From: Candidatus Latescibacterota bacterium
Lineage (GTDB): Bacteria > Latescibacterota > UBA2968 > UBA8231
Assembly (NCBI GenBank): GCA_965261395.1
Contig: OZ253462.1
Location: 3,968,001 to 4,032,000 of the forward strand
Length of the DNA: 64,000 bases
Direction of reading: 5' to 3'
Shown here piece after piece: positions 9,858-20,613 of the stretch (position 1 is the first letter of the stretch; the number at the start of each line of letters is the position of its first letter). A model generated the notes under the pieces. It was given only the letters and a program-made list of their open reading frames with translations, searched no databases and was not told where the DNA came from. The position numbers and the translations under genes were made by a program.

Positions 9858-10886
9858 ATGTCCTGGTTGCAGCTAAAAGAAGTGACGCGGCGCTTTGGTA
9901 AGGCCGAGGTCTTGTCTGGCATTGACCTGTCGCTGGGGGCCGACGAGATGCTGGTGGTGCTGGGGCCGACCGGCGCGGGCAAGACCACGCTGCTGCGGAT
10001 CGTCGCCGGGTTGGATGCGCCCGACGTCGGACAGGTCGAGATGGACGGCGAGGAGGTGACGCACTGGCCGCCGGCCGACCGCGACATTGCGTTTGTCTTC
10101 CAGCACTTTGCGCTCTATCCCGACTGGAGCGTGCGGCGCAACTTGGAATTTCCGCTCAAGGCACCGCGTCGGCAGATGACGGGCGACGAGATTGACCAGC
10201 GCGTCGGCTGGGCGGCTGAATTGCTGAAGATCGAGCGGTTGCTCGACCGGCCGGCGGCCCGCCTGTCGGGTGGGGAAATGCAGCGGGTGGCCATTGGGCA
10301 GGCGATTGTGCGGCGGCCGCGGCTGTTTCTCTTTGACGAGCCGCTGACCAATTTGGACGCCAAGCTGCGGGAGTCCCTTCGCTTAGAGCTGGCCCTGCTG
10401 CGGCAGGAACTGGGCATCCCGGCGATCTATGTGACCCACGACCAAGCCGAGGCCCTGTCTATGGGCGATTCCATCGCCGTGCTGGCCGAGGGGCAGATTT
10501 TGCAGCAGGGCAGCCCGGAGGTCATTTATCGCCAGCCGGTCTCGCCCGTAGTGGCGCGCCAATTGGGTCAACCCGCGATCAACATTCTCAGCGTCGAGCG
10601 GCGCGGGGATGCGTGGATTGGCCCGAAGGAAGCCGAGCGGATGCCAGCGCTGAGCGGCGCGGGGGAGATGCTGCTCGGCGTCCGGCCGGAGGACATCGCG
10701 CCGGAAGGGGGGGCCGTGCCGGGGGTGGTACGCGTCGTCGAGGACGCTGGAGCCGCGTGGATTTTATGGGTGGATTGGGCCGGGGCGTCCATCCACATCA
10801 TCGCGTCTAAGGAACGGCGTTTTGCCCCGGGAGAGACCGTGTATCCGCGCATTGACGCGGAGCGGGCGCTGCTCTGGCCATGCTAA
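9858..10886 (+). CDS. Sugar ABC transporter ATP-binding protein
   Basis: GPTGAGKTT, LSGGEMQRV, FDEP, VTHDQ. Confidence 0.92.
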   Translation: MSWLQLKEVTRRFGKAEVLSGIDLSLGADEMLVVLGPTGAGKTTLLRIVAGLDAPDVGQVEMDGEEVTHWPPADRDIAFVFQHFALYPDWSVRRNLEFPLKAPRRQMTGDEIDQRVGWAAELLKIERLLDRPAARLSGGEMQRVAIGQAIVRRPRLFLFDEPLTNLDAKLRESLRLELALLRQELGIPAIYVTHDQAEALSMGDSIAVLAEGQILQQGSPEVIYRQPVSPVVARQLGQPAINILSVERRGDAWIGPKEAERMPALSGAGEMLLGVRPEDIAPEGGAVPGVVRVVEDAGAAWILWVDWAGASIHIIASKERRFAPGETVYPRIDAERALLWPC

Positions 10887-10914
10887 CTGGAGAGGCTTAA
10901 AAAGGAAGGCACTT

Positions 10915-12795
10915 TCAGTACGCCGCATACACGACGCCGGTTTGCTCGACCTTTTCCTGGTCGGTATTGGCCCAAACCCGATACAGGTAAATCCCCGGCG
11001 GCACCAAACCGCCGGCCTCGTCCCGACCATCCCACGCCCGCTCATACTCGCCGATCCCATCCGCGCCTGAATACACCTGCCGCACCCGGCGACCCGACAA
11101 ATCCCACACCTCCACCGCTACCTGCGCACTACCTGTAATCTCCAAGATGTCGTAGTAGATGCCTACCACGTCGTTGCGGCCATCGCCATTGGGCGTAAAA
11201 ATGGTCGGCTCGACTCGCGCCTGCAACAGCTCCTGTCCCTGCGCGGCGGTGACCACCGACACCCGGTTGCCCTCGTATTTCGCCGTAGCGTCCCCCGCAT
11301 TGACCCCCTGCGGTACCTCCAAAGGCCGGCCGCTGTCCGACACCTGCGCCGCAAAGATAGCCCCGTAGCGCAGCACCTGTGCTGCGAAGTCGACCTCGAC
11401 CAGCGTCCCCGAGTCCCGCTCCTCGAGGCGCGGGAAACTGACCGCCAGCCGATGCGGCTCCTCGGCTTCCACCGCAAAGGCCACGGGCACGTCGCCGATG
11501 CGCACCGCCTCCACCGCGTTGATGATCGAGGAGGTCTCAATTTCCAGCCGGTCAAAACCGACATCGCCCGGGTGAATCGTCGGCCGCAACGCATAGGTGA
11601 AGGACGATTGCTGCCCTACTTTTGCTTCGACAGGCCAGACCTCGCCCACTAGGTTCGTCGCCACCGGCTCGGAGGCACGCAACTCCACGAAACCCACCCG
11701 GCCGCCGGCGTTTTCTTGCGGCAGAAAATCGACCTTGAACTGGAAGTAGCGTCTGGGGCTCGCCGACACTACCGGAGTGCCGCTGCTGTCGGCAAAGTCA
11801 TAGGGTGCCGACCAGAAGGTCCAGTGGTCGAGGTCGTGGGTGATGCCGGCCTTTTCGTTGACTTTGAGGTCGTTGTAGCCGGCGCGACTCACCTCGATTT
11901 TGCCGCCGCGGCCGGTGAAGCGCCAGAACGCGTCTGCATCGTTGTCCAGGCCGCTACGGGTTTGGATGAGGACCTGGGCTCCGGGCTCCTGAACTCCAGA
12001 CCAACGCAGATCGCCCCAGGCCATGGGCCGCTCGAAATCGATGACATCGGAAATATAGGTGGCGTGTTTGACGAACCCCTTGGCGTAGACTTCTATCTCG
12101 TTCACTTCCCAGTCCGTGTTGTGCTCGGCCAAGGCCACTTGGACGAACTCTACTGCCTCGTGCGGTGGGATGGGAATGTCGAGGGTTTGCTTCCGGTTGT
12201 CTCGCACCTCGACAATCCAGGGCGATTTCGGAGGAACGGTGCCGTAGTTAACTATGGGTAGCGGGCCGATGTGGACGCGGAGGATCCCCACGGTTCGGCT
12301 CGGCTCGGTCAACCCGGATATCACCCGAATCCGGTCGATGGTGTAGAGACCGCCTAGGAAGATATTGGCCGTGCCCCCCCGCCCGAAATCGTCGGTGCAA
12401 GCCCCGGATATGATGCTGTGTTCGGCGCACAGATACTTTTCCGCCAGCCAGAAAGTACCCGTGTCCCCATCCCATACCTCTACATTTACATCGGCTCTTA
12501 AATACGCCCCTCCCCGCTCTTCGATCCCGGGTGCTATGTTGAAGTCTGGATTGCGTTTGAGGGGCTGGATACCGGCACTATCCACGGCTAAGTCAATGGT
12601 TTCCCCATGGGGTTCGGCATCGAAATCCATCCAGCTCAACTGTCTGAAGTCCACCCCGACCCGGCCTTCCTCAGGGGGTTTGGGCTGATCTTCACCGCCG
12701 AACCGGTAAATGGCCAGACCCGAGGCCGGGCCGGCCCAAAAACCGAGCGTCGAAGAAAAAACCCAGACTAGGGAAAGGAATCGTGCCATTTTCAT
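10915..12795 (-). CDS. Secreted protein with C-terminal FlgD Ig-like domain
   Basis: Signal peptide; C-terminal FTPNGDGRND...WDLSGRRVR...WDGRDEAGGLVPPGIYLY. Confidence 0.8.
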   Translation of the reverse strand: MKMARFLSLVWVFSSTLGFWAGPASGLAIYRFGGEDQPKPPEEGRVGVDFRQLSWMDFDAEPHGETIDLAVDSAGIQPLKRNPDFNIAPGIEERGGAYLRADVNVEVWDGDTGTFWLAEKYLCAEHSIISGACTDDFGRGGTANIFLGGLYTIDRIRVISGLTEPSRTVGILRVHIGPLPIVNYGTVPPKSPWIVEVRDNRKQTLDIPIPPHEAVEFVQVALAEHNTDWEVNEIEVYAKGFVKHATYISDVIDFERPMAWGDLRWSGVQEPGAQVLIQTRSGLDNDADAFWRFTGRGGKIEVSRAGYNDLKVNEKAGITHDLDHWTFWSAPYDFADSSGTPVVSASPRRYFQFKVDFLPQENAGGRVGFVELRASEPVATNLVGEVWPVEAKVGQQSSFTYALRPTIHPGDVGFDRLEIETSSIINAVEAVRIGDVPVAFAVEAEEPHRLAVSFPRLEERDSGTLVEVDFAAQVLRYGAIFAAQVSDSGRPLEVPQGVNAGDATAKYEGNRVSVVTAAQGQELLQARVEPTIFTPNGDGRNDVVGIYYDILEITGSAQVAVEVWDLSGRRVRQVYSGADGIGEYERAWDGRDEAGGLVPPGIYLYRVWANTDQEKVEQTGVVYAAY

Positions 12796-12813
12796 CGGCG
12801 TTCACTCCGCAAA

Positions 12814-14289
12814 TTATTGAGCGGCATAGATAGCAAATAGTCTGGCGCGGTCCAGGTACACTTTGGCCTTGAGCCCCCCTCGCATTTGTGAGACCATCTT
12901 CTGTTCGAGGCCGCCCGCTTTGATCCCGTCCGCGCCTTGCCGATCGCCTTTCCATTGTACCCGGTATTCTGTTTCATCGGCCGAGAAGGGTATGCAGTCG
13001 TCGCGGCCAAAACCCGGCACGACCCGGTCAAACGGATCGACAAGCTCCACTTGCAGTGAGCCGCCGCTGGCGTCGGCGTTGATCCACAATGCGTGGGGAT
13101 CAATGTTCAGTGGAACCGTGGTCGCGACCCCCTGAGCGTCCGTCTTCAGACAGACTAGGCGATCCTTGGCGATCTTTGCCAGATTGATTCCCCGCTGGAG
13201 TTCCTCGCCGCCGCGTGGGGGCTCGCCGTGCAGGTCATTCGAGCCGCCGTGATAGACCCATATCTCCTCGCCCCGGACAAAAGGGGCATGCGGGGGATAG
13301 ACACTTCCACAATCATAGCTGCCCCGGGGGCCGCAGAGCAGAATTGGTTCGCGGTTGCCCGCCCGATGCCAGGTGCGACCGTCCTTCGAGTAGGTCAACT
13401 GAACGTCCATCTGGTTCATCCATGCGGGCATCCAATCTTCGATCTGGTTCTGGGCGATCCACCCCTCGTGGAGCGTGTGAAACACGGACAGGAAGCCGAT
13501 GCGCAAGTCGCGATACGCCAGCGAACTCATGCCGTAAAACTCGTGGTCCTGGGGGGGATCGAGTTCATCGGGGGCGACGATGATCTGGCGCGGGGTCCAG
13601 TTTTCAAAATCATCGCTCTCGGTCATGCAAATGATGCGCACGTTGGGCCGGCCCCGCAGATAGACGACGTAGCGGTGGATTTTGGCATCCCAATAAGCGA
13701 CCAGATGGGTGTCTGATCCCTGTGGGATGACCGGGTTGAGCCAGTGTCGGGGCACGTCCCAATGGATCCCGTCGGCAGAATACGCCACGCAGACCGGCTG
13801 GACAATGCCGGCGAATATCATGTCGCCGCTCTGGAACATAAAGAGCATCTTGTAGCGCTTGGCTGGATCTGTTTCAATGGGGTCTTTCATAACTCCGGTC
13901 CCAGCTCCCCACCTGAAGAATGGAAAGACTAGGTTATTCTCTTTGCTGCCGCCGTCCTCGAAGAGATTGAGGACGGGTTTTTCCCAGTGGATCCCGTCTT
14001 GGGAGACGGCATAGGCCAGTCCGTCCGCCTGGTCACCGCGCGCTTCGCTCAATTTTCGGCCCACGCCGTACCACATCTTGAAGATGTTTTCGTCGTCGTC
14101 GTACAGGACATTGATGTAGCTGCCGATCAGCCACTCATCTTCCCAGGCTCGATCTTTCTCGATCAGCGGTTGTGGCGAAACCTTCTTTGCGGGTACGACC
14201 CCTTGCACGACACCGTCGAGACTTTCGATAGACGCATCGTCAATGAACAAAAAGGCCGATTTCTCGTCCGTCATGTTATTTCTCCTCAT
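12814..14289 (-). CDS. Five-bladed beta-propeller glycoside hydrolase-like protein (GH32/43/130-like)
   Basis: Repeated SxDGxxW blades (SQDGIHW, SADGIHW, SDDFENW, SKDGRTW); FKMWY; start may be 14274. Confidence 0.65.
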   Translation of the reverse strand: MRRNNMTDEKSAFLFIDDASIESLDGVVQGVVPAKKVSPQPLIEKDRAWEDEWLIGSYINVLYDDDENIFKMWYGVGRKLSEARGDQADGLAYAVSQDGIHWEKPVLNLFEDGGSKENNLVFPFFRWGAGTGVMKDPIETDPAKRYKMLFMFQSGDMIFAGIVQPVCVAYSADGIHWDVPRHWLNPVIPQGSDTHLVAYWDAKIHRYVVYLRGRPNVRIICMTESDDFENWTPRQIIVAPDELDPPQDHEFYGMSSLAYRDLRIGFLSVFHTLHEGWIAQNQIEDWMPAWMNQMDVQLTYSKDGRTWHRAGNREPILLCGPRGSYDCGSVYPPHAPFVRGEEIWVYHGGSNDLHGEPPRGGEELQRGINLAKIAKDRLVCLKTDAQGVATTVPLNIDPHALWINADASGGSLQVELVDPFDRVVPGFGRDDCIPFSADETEYRVQWKGDRQGADGIKAGGLEQKMVSQMRGGLKAKVYLDRARLFAIYAAQ

Positions 14290-14307
14290 GAAGTGTCTGC
14301 AACATTT

Positions 14308-15147
14308 CTAAGTAGTCCAGGTCACGGGGGGTGGATTGACGCCGTACTGCTCGGCCCAGTCGATCAATGCTTGGGGTATTTCGTCGACGTTGCGATAGCC
14401 GCCCAAGAGCTGCCCGTTGATGTCGTTGGTCGTCCGCTGCAATACCCGTTGGTCCGGTGGATCGAGATATTGATCCGTCTTCATCCAGCGGTAGGCGTAG
14501 CCGTAGATCACCACCTTTGAGGTGCGCTGGCTCAAATTGGGGGCCGCCGTGTGGAACGTGCGGTTTTCAAAGAGGATGGCGTCGCCGGCGTGCAATAGCG
14601 GATCGACCACTGTCGGCGGATCGACCGCGTCTGCGGGAATGGCTAGGGGCGTCTCATTGCGATGCGTACCGCGGGCCATCATGGTCATGCCGGAGTTGGG
14701 TTTGGCAAAGTCGGTCAGGCAGTAGCACACCTTTATGCCGAGGCGCGGCAAGCCGGCTTGTCCCAGATCTTCGGCAATGCCAATATCGCGATGCCAGCCG
14801 CGCCTCGGAGCTGTGGTGTGCGGATCTTGGGGTTTTTTGTAAATCAGCGAGGCCGAGTGGAGTTGGATATTGGGCGAGAGCAACTGCACGATTAAGGGAA
14901 CGGTTGCCGAGTTGGAGACGAGTTGGTCGAAAGCTTCCTCTTGGACGACGCCCTGGCGCAATTGCATCTGGATCTTTGCTGGATCGTCGAGGAACGATTG
15001 CAGCAAGCGATCGCTTGCGCTGGTCAGGCCGGCCACGGTTGCGGCATCGATGGCTTGCGGGATAATGAGAAAGCCGTCGGCCTCAAAAGCGCGGCGCTGC
15101 GCGTGGGTCAATGGGACGAATTGCATTTTTCTCCCGAGTTGAATCAC
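14308..15147 (-). CDS. Phytanoyl-CoA dioxygenase family protein
   Basis: FEADGFL, WHRD iron ligands, AGDAILFENRTFH. Confidence 0.88.
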   Translation of the reverse strand: MIQLGRKMQFVPLTHAQRRAFEADGFLIIPQAIDAATVAGLTSASDRLLQSFLDDPAKIQMQLRQGVVQEEAFDQLVSNSATVPLIVQLLSPNIQLHSASLIYKKPQDPHTTAPRRGWHRDIGIAEDLGQAGLPRLGIKVCYCLTDFAKPNSGMTMMARGTHRNETPLAIPADAVDPPTVVDPLLHAGDAILFENRTFHTAAPNLSQRTSKVVIYGYAYRWMKTDQYLDPPDQRVLQRTTNDINGQLLGGYRNVDEIPQALIDWAEQYGVNPPPVTWTT

Positions 15148-15266
15148 ATCGGCATCCTATTCGCCTCCAAAATAGGGCCTAACTATCCCCCAACCAACTT
15201 TTCCTGAAGGGAAGGACACCAGGAGTTTTCAGACAGCTTCTTAAACTCCCGGTGCGGTCTCGGTAT

Positions 15267-16334
15267 CTAGCGCACCACTACTTGCCCCACTTTGACGCGG
15301 CGCGCAGTGCCCTCCGGCCCCTGGACGGTGAGCACGACCGTGTATTCCCCGGCTTCTTTATACTGATGTATGGGATGTTGTTCGGCAGTAGTGGTGCCAT
15401 CGTCAAAATCCCACGACCAAGAGGTAATGGTGCCGTAGGAAAGGTCTTTGAAGGCCACTAATCTGCGTTCCATATCCACCACTTGGAATTCCCACTGCGC
15501 TTCGAGCGGCTCGCGCAAGTGACTCGCGAGCGGCATGAGCCGAAAGGCGCACAAATTCGAGGCGTTTGAGTCCATGCGGGTCTTGTGGGAGAGATTCCAG
15601 AACCCCTCGTATGAACTATTGTTCTCGTCGTAGTCGAGCACGGCCCACGACAGTCCGATGAGGGCATTTTCCACCAGCTTGGATACTACCGCTCGCTCGG
15701 GGCCCTCATAGGGGGCGTAGTCAAAAGGGGTGATCCAAAATTCGAGCACCAGCCGGCCACTTTCGCCCTCGGCAAAATCGTAGGAGTACGCGTGGTTGGC
15801 GTAGGGCAGCCGGCCGATCCACGGCTGACAGCCCCAGACGAAAGCCCAATCCCGGCCCGCTCCAGGCGGCGTGAAAATGTGGTAGTTCTGCGCGTGTATT
15901 CCCTTAAACGCAAAGTGGCTGTCCCACTCATCTAATTGGGGGTTGTGGATGTTGGGACCACCCGAGCGGTCCGCATCGACGGCGACTTCAAAAATATCCC
16001 CGCGACGGTAGTGCATGTTCCAGTAGTCATCGTGGGCTTCATAGAGGAAATAGAGCCGGTTTAAACCATTAACCCAGCCCACCCGCACGGCGACGTCTAG
16101 GTCTTCGAGGTCGTGGTTGGTGCCTTTGCCCTTGACGGTTTCCGCGAGTTCCTCGGTGCCAATTACATAGGATTCGGGTACGATCTCCCAGTCGTCGGTC
16201 TGTCCATCAATGCGGGGTATCATAGTGGGAGGGAACTGGAAGATCGCGAACTCTTTGTCGGGACGTTCAAGTGCTTGGGCAGGGGAAAGGGTCAACAGAG
16301 CCAGTCCTAGGAATCCAGCCAGATTTCGCTTCAT
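15267..16334 (-). CDS. Secreted PKD domain-containing protein
   Basis: Signal peptide; PRIDG N-terminal sugar-binding-like motif; C-terminal SWSWDFDDG...HPIHQY...GEYTVVLTV PKD signature. Confidence 0.8.
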   Translation of the reverse strand: MKRNLAGFLGLALLTLSPAQALERPDKEFAIFQFPPTMIPRIDGQTDDWEIVPESYVIGTEELAETVKGKGTNHDLEDLDVAVRVGWVNGLNRLYFLYEAHDDYWNMHYRRGDIFEVAVDADRSGGPNIHNPQLDEWDSHFAFKGIHAQNYHIFTPPGAGRDWAFVWGCQPWIGRLPYANHAYSYDFAEGESGRLVLEFWITPFDYAPYEGPERAVVSKLVENALIGLSWAVLDYDENNSSYEGFWNLSHKTRMDSNASNLCAFRLMPLASHLREPLEAQWEFQVVDMERRLVAFKDLSYGTITSWSWDFDDGTTTAEQHPIHQYKEAGEYTVVLTVQGPEGTARRVKVGQVVVR

Positions 16335-16514
16335 ATTGGAAAATCCTCCACAGTGGGGTTGGGTATAGCGGCGGAAATTAAACGAAAACGCCTAAGTACA
16401 CGACAGTAGAAGCGGTATGAGATACTCTCTTTGTGTTCAAGGGTTTTATGCAGCGCTTCGCACGACTTCCCGGAAAACACCATACCCGCCTTTATTATCA
16501 AATCGCCTTTAGGC

Positions 16515-16634
16515 CGTAAAGCCCCAGCCTTTAGGCTTGGGATATAAGGCTGTGCTTTAGCCCCTCTTTTGCTACCTTCCTCTTGCCCTAATTCTCTGCT
16601 TAGATATATCTATGGTATGCGCAAGACGTTCAAA
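16515..16634 (+). mobile_element. Remnant left end of an IS200/IS605 (tnpB) element
   Basis: Subterminal hairpin AAGCCCCAGCCTTTAGGCTTGGGA, then ATG 16617 encoding MRKTFK (TnpB-like start), after which similarity ends. Confidence 0.55.
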
Positions 16635-16645
16635 TTGGTAGGGTC

Positions 16646-18592
16646 GTGGTCGCCAACGCCCATCCATTGACCCCGTCCCCCGTCCGGCCGCTCTGGGCCT
16701 TGTCCGCGGGGACGGCCTTGAGCGTTCTAGTCGCTTTTTGGGGGCCCTATAATAGCTTGGTGGTGCGCGGTTCCTACCTGACTATTGACTTTACCACCGC
16801 GGCCGCAGTTTTCCTGCTGTTTTTCCTCGCCCTGTTCGTCAATGGTCTGCTACGCCGTTTCCTCCCCTACCTAGCTCTGTCTGCGGGGGAACTGGCCATT
16901 GCCTATGTGATGGCGGCCATTTCCTGTTCTATATGTACCATGGGGCTGACCCTGTACCTGATTCCCATCCTGCCGGCGATTTCCTATCTGGCCTCCCCCG
17001 AAAACCAATGGGCCGAACTCATTCATCCCTTTGTGCCGCACTGGCTGGTGCCCCAAGGCGAGGACGTCATCCGCGGCTTTTACGAGGGCATTGCCCGCGA
17101 CCAGCCCATTCCTTGGATGGCTTGGATCCGCCCCCTGCTGAACTGGCTGCCAGTCTTGTTGGGCCTGTACATGGTCATGATCGCGCTGGCCATTCTCTTC
17201 CGCCGCCAGTGGATCGAATACGAGCGCTTGGCCTATCCCCTGGCCCAACTGCCCCTGGTGATGGGCACCCAGCAGCCCGGTCGCGCCCTCAATCCCTTTT
17301 TTCGCAGTCCGGTGATGTGGATCGGCTTTGCCGTCCCCTTCATCGTCACTTCGCTCAACGGCCTCAACGCCTACTTCCACTTCATCCCCCGCATCGTCCT
17401 CAACACCAGCGTACCCGTCTTCCACGGCATGGAGGGCCTGACCATCAACCTCAGTTTCCCCATGATGGGCTTTGCCTACCTCATTCACCAGGAAGTGGCG
17501 CTCAGCGTCTGGTTTTTCTATTTGCTGGGCTACGCAGTCAAAAACTATTTCAGCGTTATCGGCCTCACCCGCACCCTCGACCTAGATATCTACACGCAGA
17601 GCGATGGCGGCCCGATCATGGCCTTCGTCCAGTTCGGTGCCCTCATGGCCTTGGTGGGCCACACCCTGTGGATCGCCCGTCGGCACCTGCGGCAGAGCTG
17701 GAAGGCGGCCCTGCATCCGGAAATCGCCTCCAGCGACGACTTTTCGGCCCGGGCCGTTTATCTGCAACTATTTCTGGGCTTGGCGCTGATGACCGGATGG
17801 TTTATTGCCATCGGGGTGCCTTGGTGGGCCGCCCTTAGTTTTGTGCTGATGGCTTCGCTCACCTTTCTGGGCATCACCCGCATTCTCTGCGAATCGGGCT
17901 TGGCCGCCACCCGGGCTCAATTGATCACCCCCACGGTGGTCCGCAGTTTTTTCGGTACCCAGGGGCTGGGTGCCCCCGGTACCATAGGCGTGCTTTCCTT
18001 CGGCCAGGTGTGGATGAGCGATGTGCGCACCTTTGTCATGGCTGCGACGGCCAACGGCCTCAAGCTGACCGAATCGATCCGCAACAAGGGCTTGGTCCTG
18101 GGCAGCATGATACTGGCAGTGGTCCTGAGTCTGGGCGTATCGGTGTGGACGACCCTATACTACGCCTACGAGAGCGGTGCCAACAACGCCAATACTTGGT
18201 TTTTTCTCAACGGCCCCCGCTACACCGTTGACTTTGCGGCCAATTATCTGCGCAATCCGGCCGGACCAGATTATAGCGGCCTAGGCCTGATGGCTTTGGG
18301 CGGGGCGGTCATGGCCGTCCTCTACTGGATCCGCAGTCATCTGCTGACCTTCCCCATCCACCCCATAGGCTGGGCCGTCTCGCAGATGATGCTGACCCGC
18401 CACATCTGGTTCAGTGTCTTTTTAGTGTGGCTGTTCAAGGCCGTGCTGATGCGCTACGGCGGCCCCCGGGTGCTCAAGGCAGTGCGGCCTTTTTTTTTGG
18501 GGCTTATCCTCGGTCAATTCGCCGTTATCGCTTTTTGGCTGATCGTCGACCTGATCACGGGCGAACAGGGGCACGGGCTCTACTGGGTATGA
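16646..18592 (+). CDS. Polytopic membrane protein, DUF6785/DUF6784-like
   Basis: Many TM helices; RRQWIEYERLAYPLAQLP and PIHPIGW...RYGG...PFFLGLILG motifs. Confidence 0.75.
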   Translation: MVANAHPLTPSPVRPLWALSAGTALSVLVAFWGPYNSLVVRGSYLTIDFTTAAAVFLLFFLALFVNGLLRRFLPYLALSAGELAIAYVMAAISCSICTMGLTLYLIPILPAISYLASPENQWAELIHPFVPHWLVPQGEDVIRGFYEGIARDQPIPWMAWIRPLLNWLPVLLGLYMVMIALAILFRRQWIEYERLAYPLAQLPLVMGTQQPGRALNPFFRSPVMWIGFAVPFIVTSLNGLNAYFHFIPRIVLNTSVPVFHGMEGLTINLSFPMMGFAYLIHQEVALSVWFFYLLGYAVKNYFSVIGLTRTLDLDIYTQSDGGPIMAFVQFGALMALVGHTLWIARRHLRQSWKAALHPEIASSDDFSARAVYLQLFLGLALMTGWFIAIGVPWWAALSFVLMASLTFLGITRILCESGLAATRAQLITPTVVRSFFGTQGLGAPGTIGVLSFGQVWMSDVRTFVMAATANGLKLTESIRNKGLVLGSMILAVVLSLGVSVWTTLYYAYESGANNANTWFFLNGPRYTVDFAANYLRNPAGPDYSGLGLMALGGAVMAVLYWIRSHLLTFPIHPIGWAVSQMMLTRHIWFSVFLVWLFKAVLMRYGGPRVLKAVRPFFLGLILGQFAVIAFWLIVDLITGEQGHGLYWV

Positions 18593-18693
18593 AAACGGCC
18601 CAACGCAAAAGCCCTCCTGAGCGGCAGCTTCAATAATAATGAAGAGGATCTACCAGTGGCACCCTACCTCTCCCAACAGAAAGGAGTTCGGAA

Positions 18694-20592
18694 ATGGATA
18701 CACGGCTGGGCGCGGCCAAACATGTTAGTACGCCGTGGGCCTTGCGCCGCTATCAGACGCTGGCGGAGTGGGAGCAACGAGCGGCGGCGATCCGCCGGCA
18801 CATTCTCGTCTGCACGGGATTGTGGCCGCTGCCGGAGAAGACGCCGCTCAAGGCGCAGGTTTTTGGGCGGATTGAGCGAGAGGGCTATGCGGTGGAAAAG
18901 GTCTTTTTCGAGAGCCTGCCTGGCTTCTTTGTCTGTGGCAATCTGTACCGGCCGCTGGGCGAGGGTCCTTTTCCGGCGCTTGCCTGTCCGCACGGCCACT
19001 GGGGGCGAGGGCGTCTCGAAAACACTGAGCTGGGGTCGATTGCTGGCCGCTGCATCAACTTCGCGCGGCAGGGCATGGTGGCCTTTTCGTACGACATGGT
19101 CGGCTATAACGACAGCGACCAATTCGTGCATCGGGAGATTGGGGGGCGGCGCGAGGCCCTGTGGGGGATCGGCGCGTTGAGCTTGCAACTGTGGAACAGC
19201 ATTCGGGTGATTGACTTCCTCGCATCGCTGGCGGATGTGGATGCCGAGCGCATTGGCTGTACGGGCGCGTCCGGTGGGGGGACGCAGACCTTTTTGCTGA
19301 TGGCGGTTGATGAGCGGATCAAAGCGGCGGCTCCCGTCAACATGGTCTCGGCCTTTATGCAGGGCGGCTGTCGCTGCGAGAATCAGGGGCACTTGCGGCT
19401 GGACATCAACAATGTGGAAATCGCGAGCTGCATGGCACCGAGGCCCTTGTTACTGGTGTCGTGTACTGGCGACTGGACGGCGAACACGCCGGAGGTTGAG
19501 TTCCCGGCGGTGCGGGCGATCTACGGTCTCTACGGGGAGCGAAACAAGGTGAGCGAGGTCCAGATAGACGCCGAGCACAACTACAATAAGCCGAGCCGCG
19601 AGGCGGTGTACGCGTTTTTCAAGCGCCATCTGCTCGGTGGGCAAGGACGGGTCGCCGAACAGCCGTTTGCCGTGGAGCAGGACGAGGATTTGCTGGTGTT
19701 CAACGGGCGTGAGAAACCAGCCCATGCGCTCGGCTCGCAGGGGATCTTCGCGGCCGTGATCGCCCGCAGCGAGAAGCAATTAGCAGCGCGGTTGGCATCA
19801 GCTCGCATCCATCGCTTCCAGTGGCAGACGCGCCCGGCACTGGCGAATCTGCTCGGGGTGGATGCCACGCCTCAAGTAGCGGTCGAGAGCTTGGGCTTTC
19901 GCCGGGAGGAGGGCTATGTGGCCGAGGAACTGGTCTTGGGGCGCGTGGGCCGAGGCGAGCGGGTGCGCGCGATGTTTTTTCTTCCGCGTGGTCCTCGAGG
20001 CAAGGTGCCAGCGACGCTTATTGCCGATGCGCATTGGGCAGACGATGCGCCGGGTGCGTTGGCGCAGGGCTTGTTGCAGGCGGGTGGGGCCGTGCTGGTC
20101 GTCGCTCCTTTTCTGGCTGATGGCGCTGAGCGGGAAGGGCACGACGAGGAGGATCCCCTGTACCACACCTACAATCAGGCGACGATGGCCTGTCGGGTGC
20201 AGGACATCCTCACGGGTCTGGCCTATCTGGACCAGCACCTGCGCGTGGGCAAGCGCCACCTCGTCGGCCAGGGCGAGGCTGGCATCTGGTGCTTGTTTGC
20301 ACGGGCGCTGACAGATGGCGTCAGTAGCACCGCGGTGGACTGGGGCGGCTGCGATTTAGGAGATGACGAAGCGTGGAGCGGAGCGCTTTTTGCGCCGGGG
20401 ATTCGCGCGTTGGGCGATGTGCGGACGGCACTGGCGTTGTGTGCGCCAGGGCGGCTGTTGGTGCATGGGGCCGGGGAGCATTTCCCGGAGCGCATCGCCA
20501 AGCGATGCTACCGCGCGGCGGGCAAGGGAACGCAGCCCGTGGTCGAGGCTGAGGGGATGAGCGAGGATGCGATTGTCGATTGGATCAGCTAA
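18694..20592 (+). CDS. Acetylxylan esterase-like alpha/beta hydrolase
   Basis: CPHGHW; IGCTGASGGGTQT nucleophile elbow; HNYN; second degenerate hydrolase domain. Confidence 0.8.
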   Translation: MDTRLGAAKHVSTPWALRRYQTLAEWEQRAAAIRRHILVCTGLWPLPEKTPLKAQVFGRIEREGYAVEKVFFESLPGFFVCGNLYRPLGEGPFPALACPHGHWGRGRLENTELGSIAGRCINFARQGMVAFSYDMVGYNDSDQFVHREIGGRREALWGIGALSLQLWNSIRVIDFLASLADVDAERIGCTGASGGGTQTFLLMAVDERIKAAAPVNMVSAFMQGGCRCENQGHLRLDINNVEIASCMAPRPLLLVSCTGDWTANTPEVEFPAVRAIYGLYGERNKVSEVQIDAEHNYNKPSREAVYAFFKRHLLGGQGRVAEQPFAVEQDEDLLVFNGREKPAHALGSQGIFAAVIARSEKQLAARLASARIHRFQWQTRPALANLLGVDATPQVAVESLGFRREEGYVAEELVLGRVGRGERVRAMFFLPRGPRGKVPATLIADAHWADDAPGALAQGLLQAGGAVLVVAPFLADGAEREGHDEEDPLYHTYNQATMACRVQDILTGLAYLDQHLRVGKRHLVGQGEAGIWCLFARALTDGVSSTAVDWGGCDLGDDEAWSGALFAPGIRALGDVRTALALCAPGRLLVHGAGEHFPERIAKRCYRAAGKGTQPVVEAEGMSEDAIVDWIS

Positions 20593-20613
20593 CCACCAAC
20601 AAAGGAAGACGAC

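Noticed and set aside
15225-15243. TTTTCAGACAGCTTCTTA as an isolated IS terminal repeat (similar suspicion near 51638 and 53730)
   Set aside because: No partner inverted repeat or transposase in the window; too short to support.
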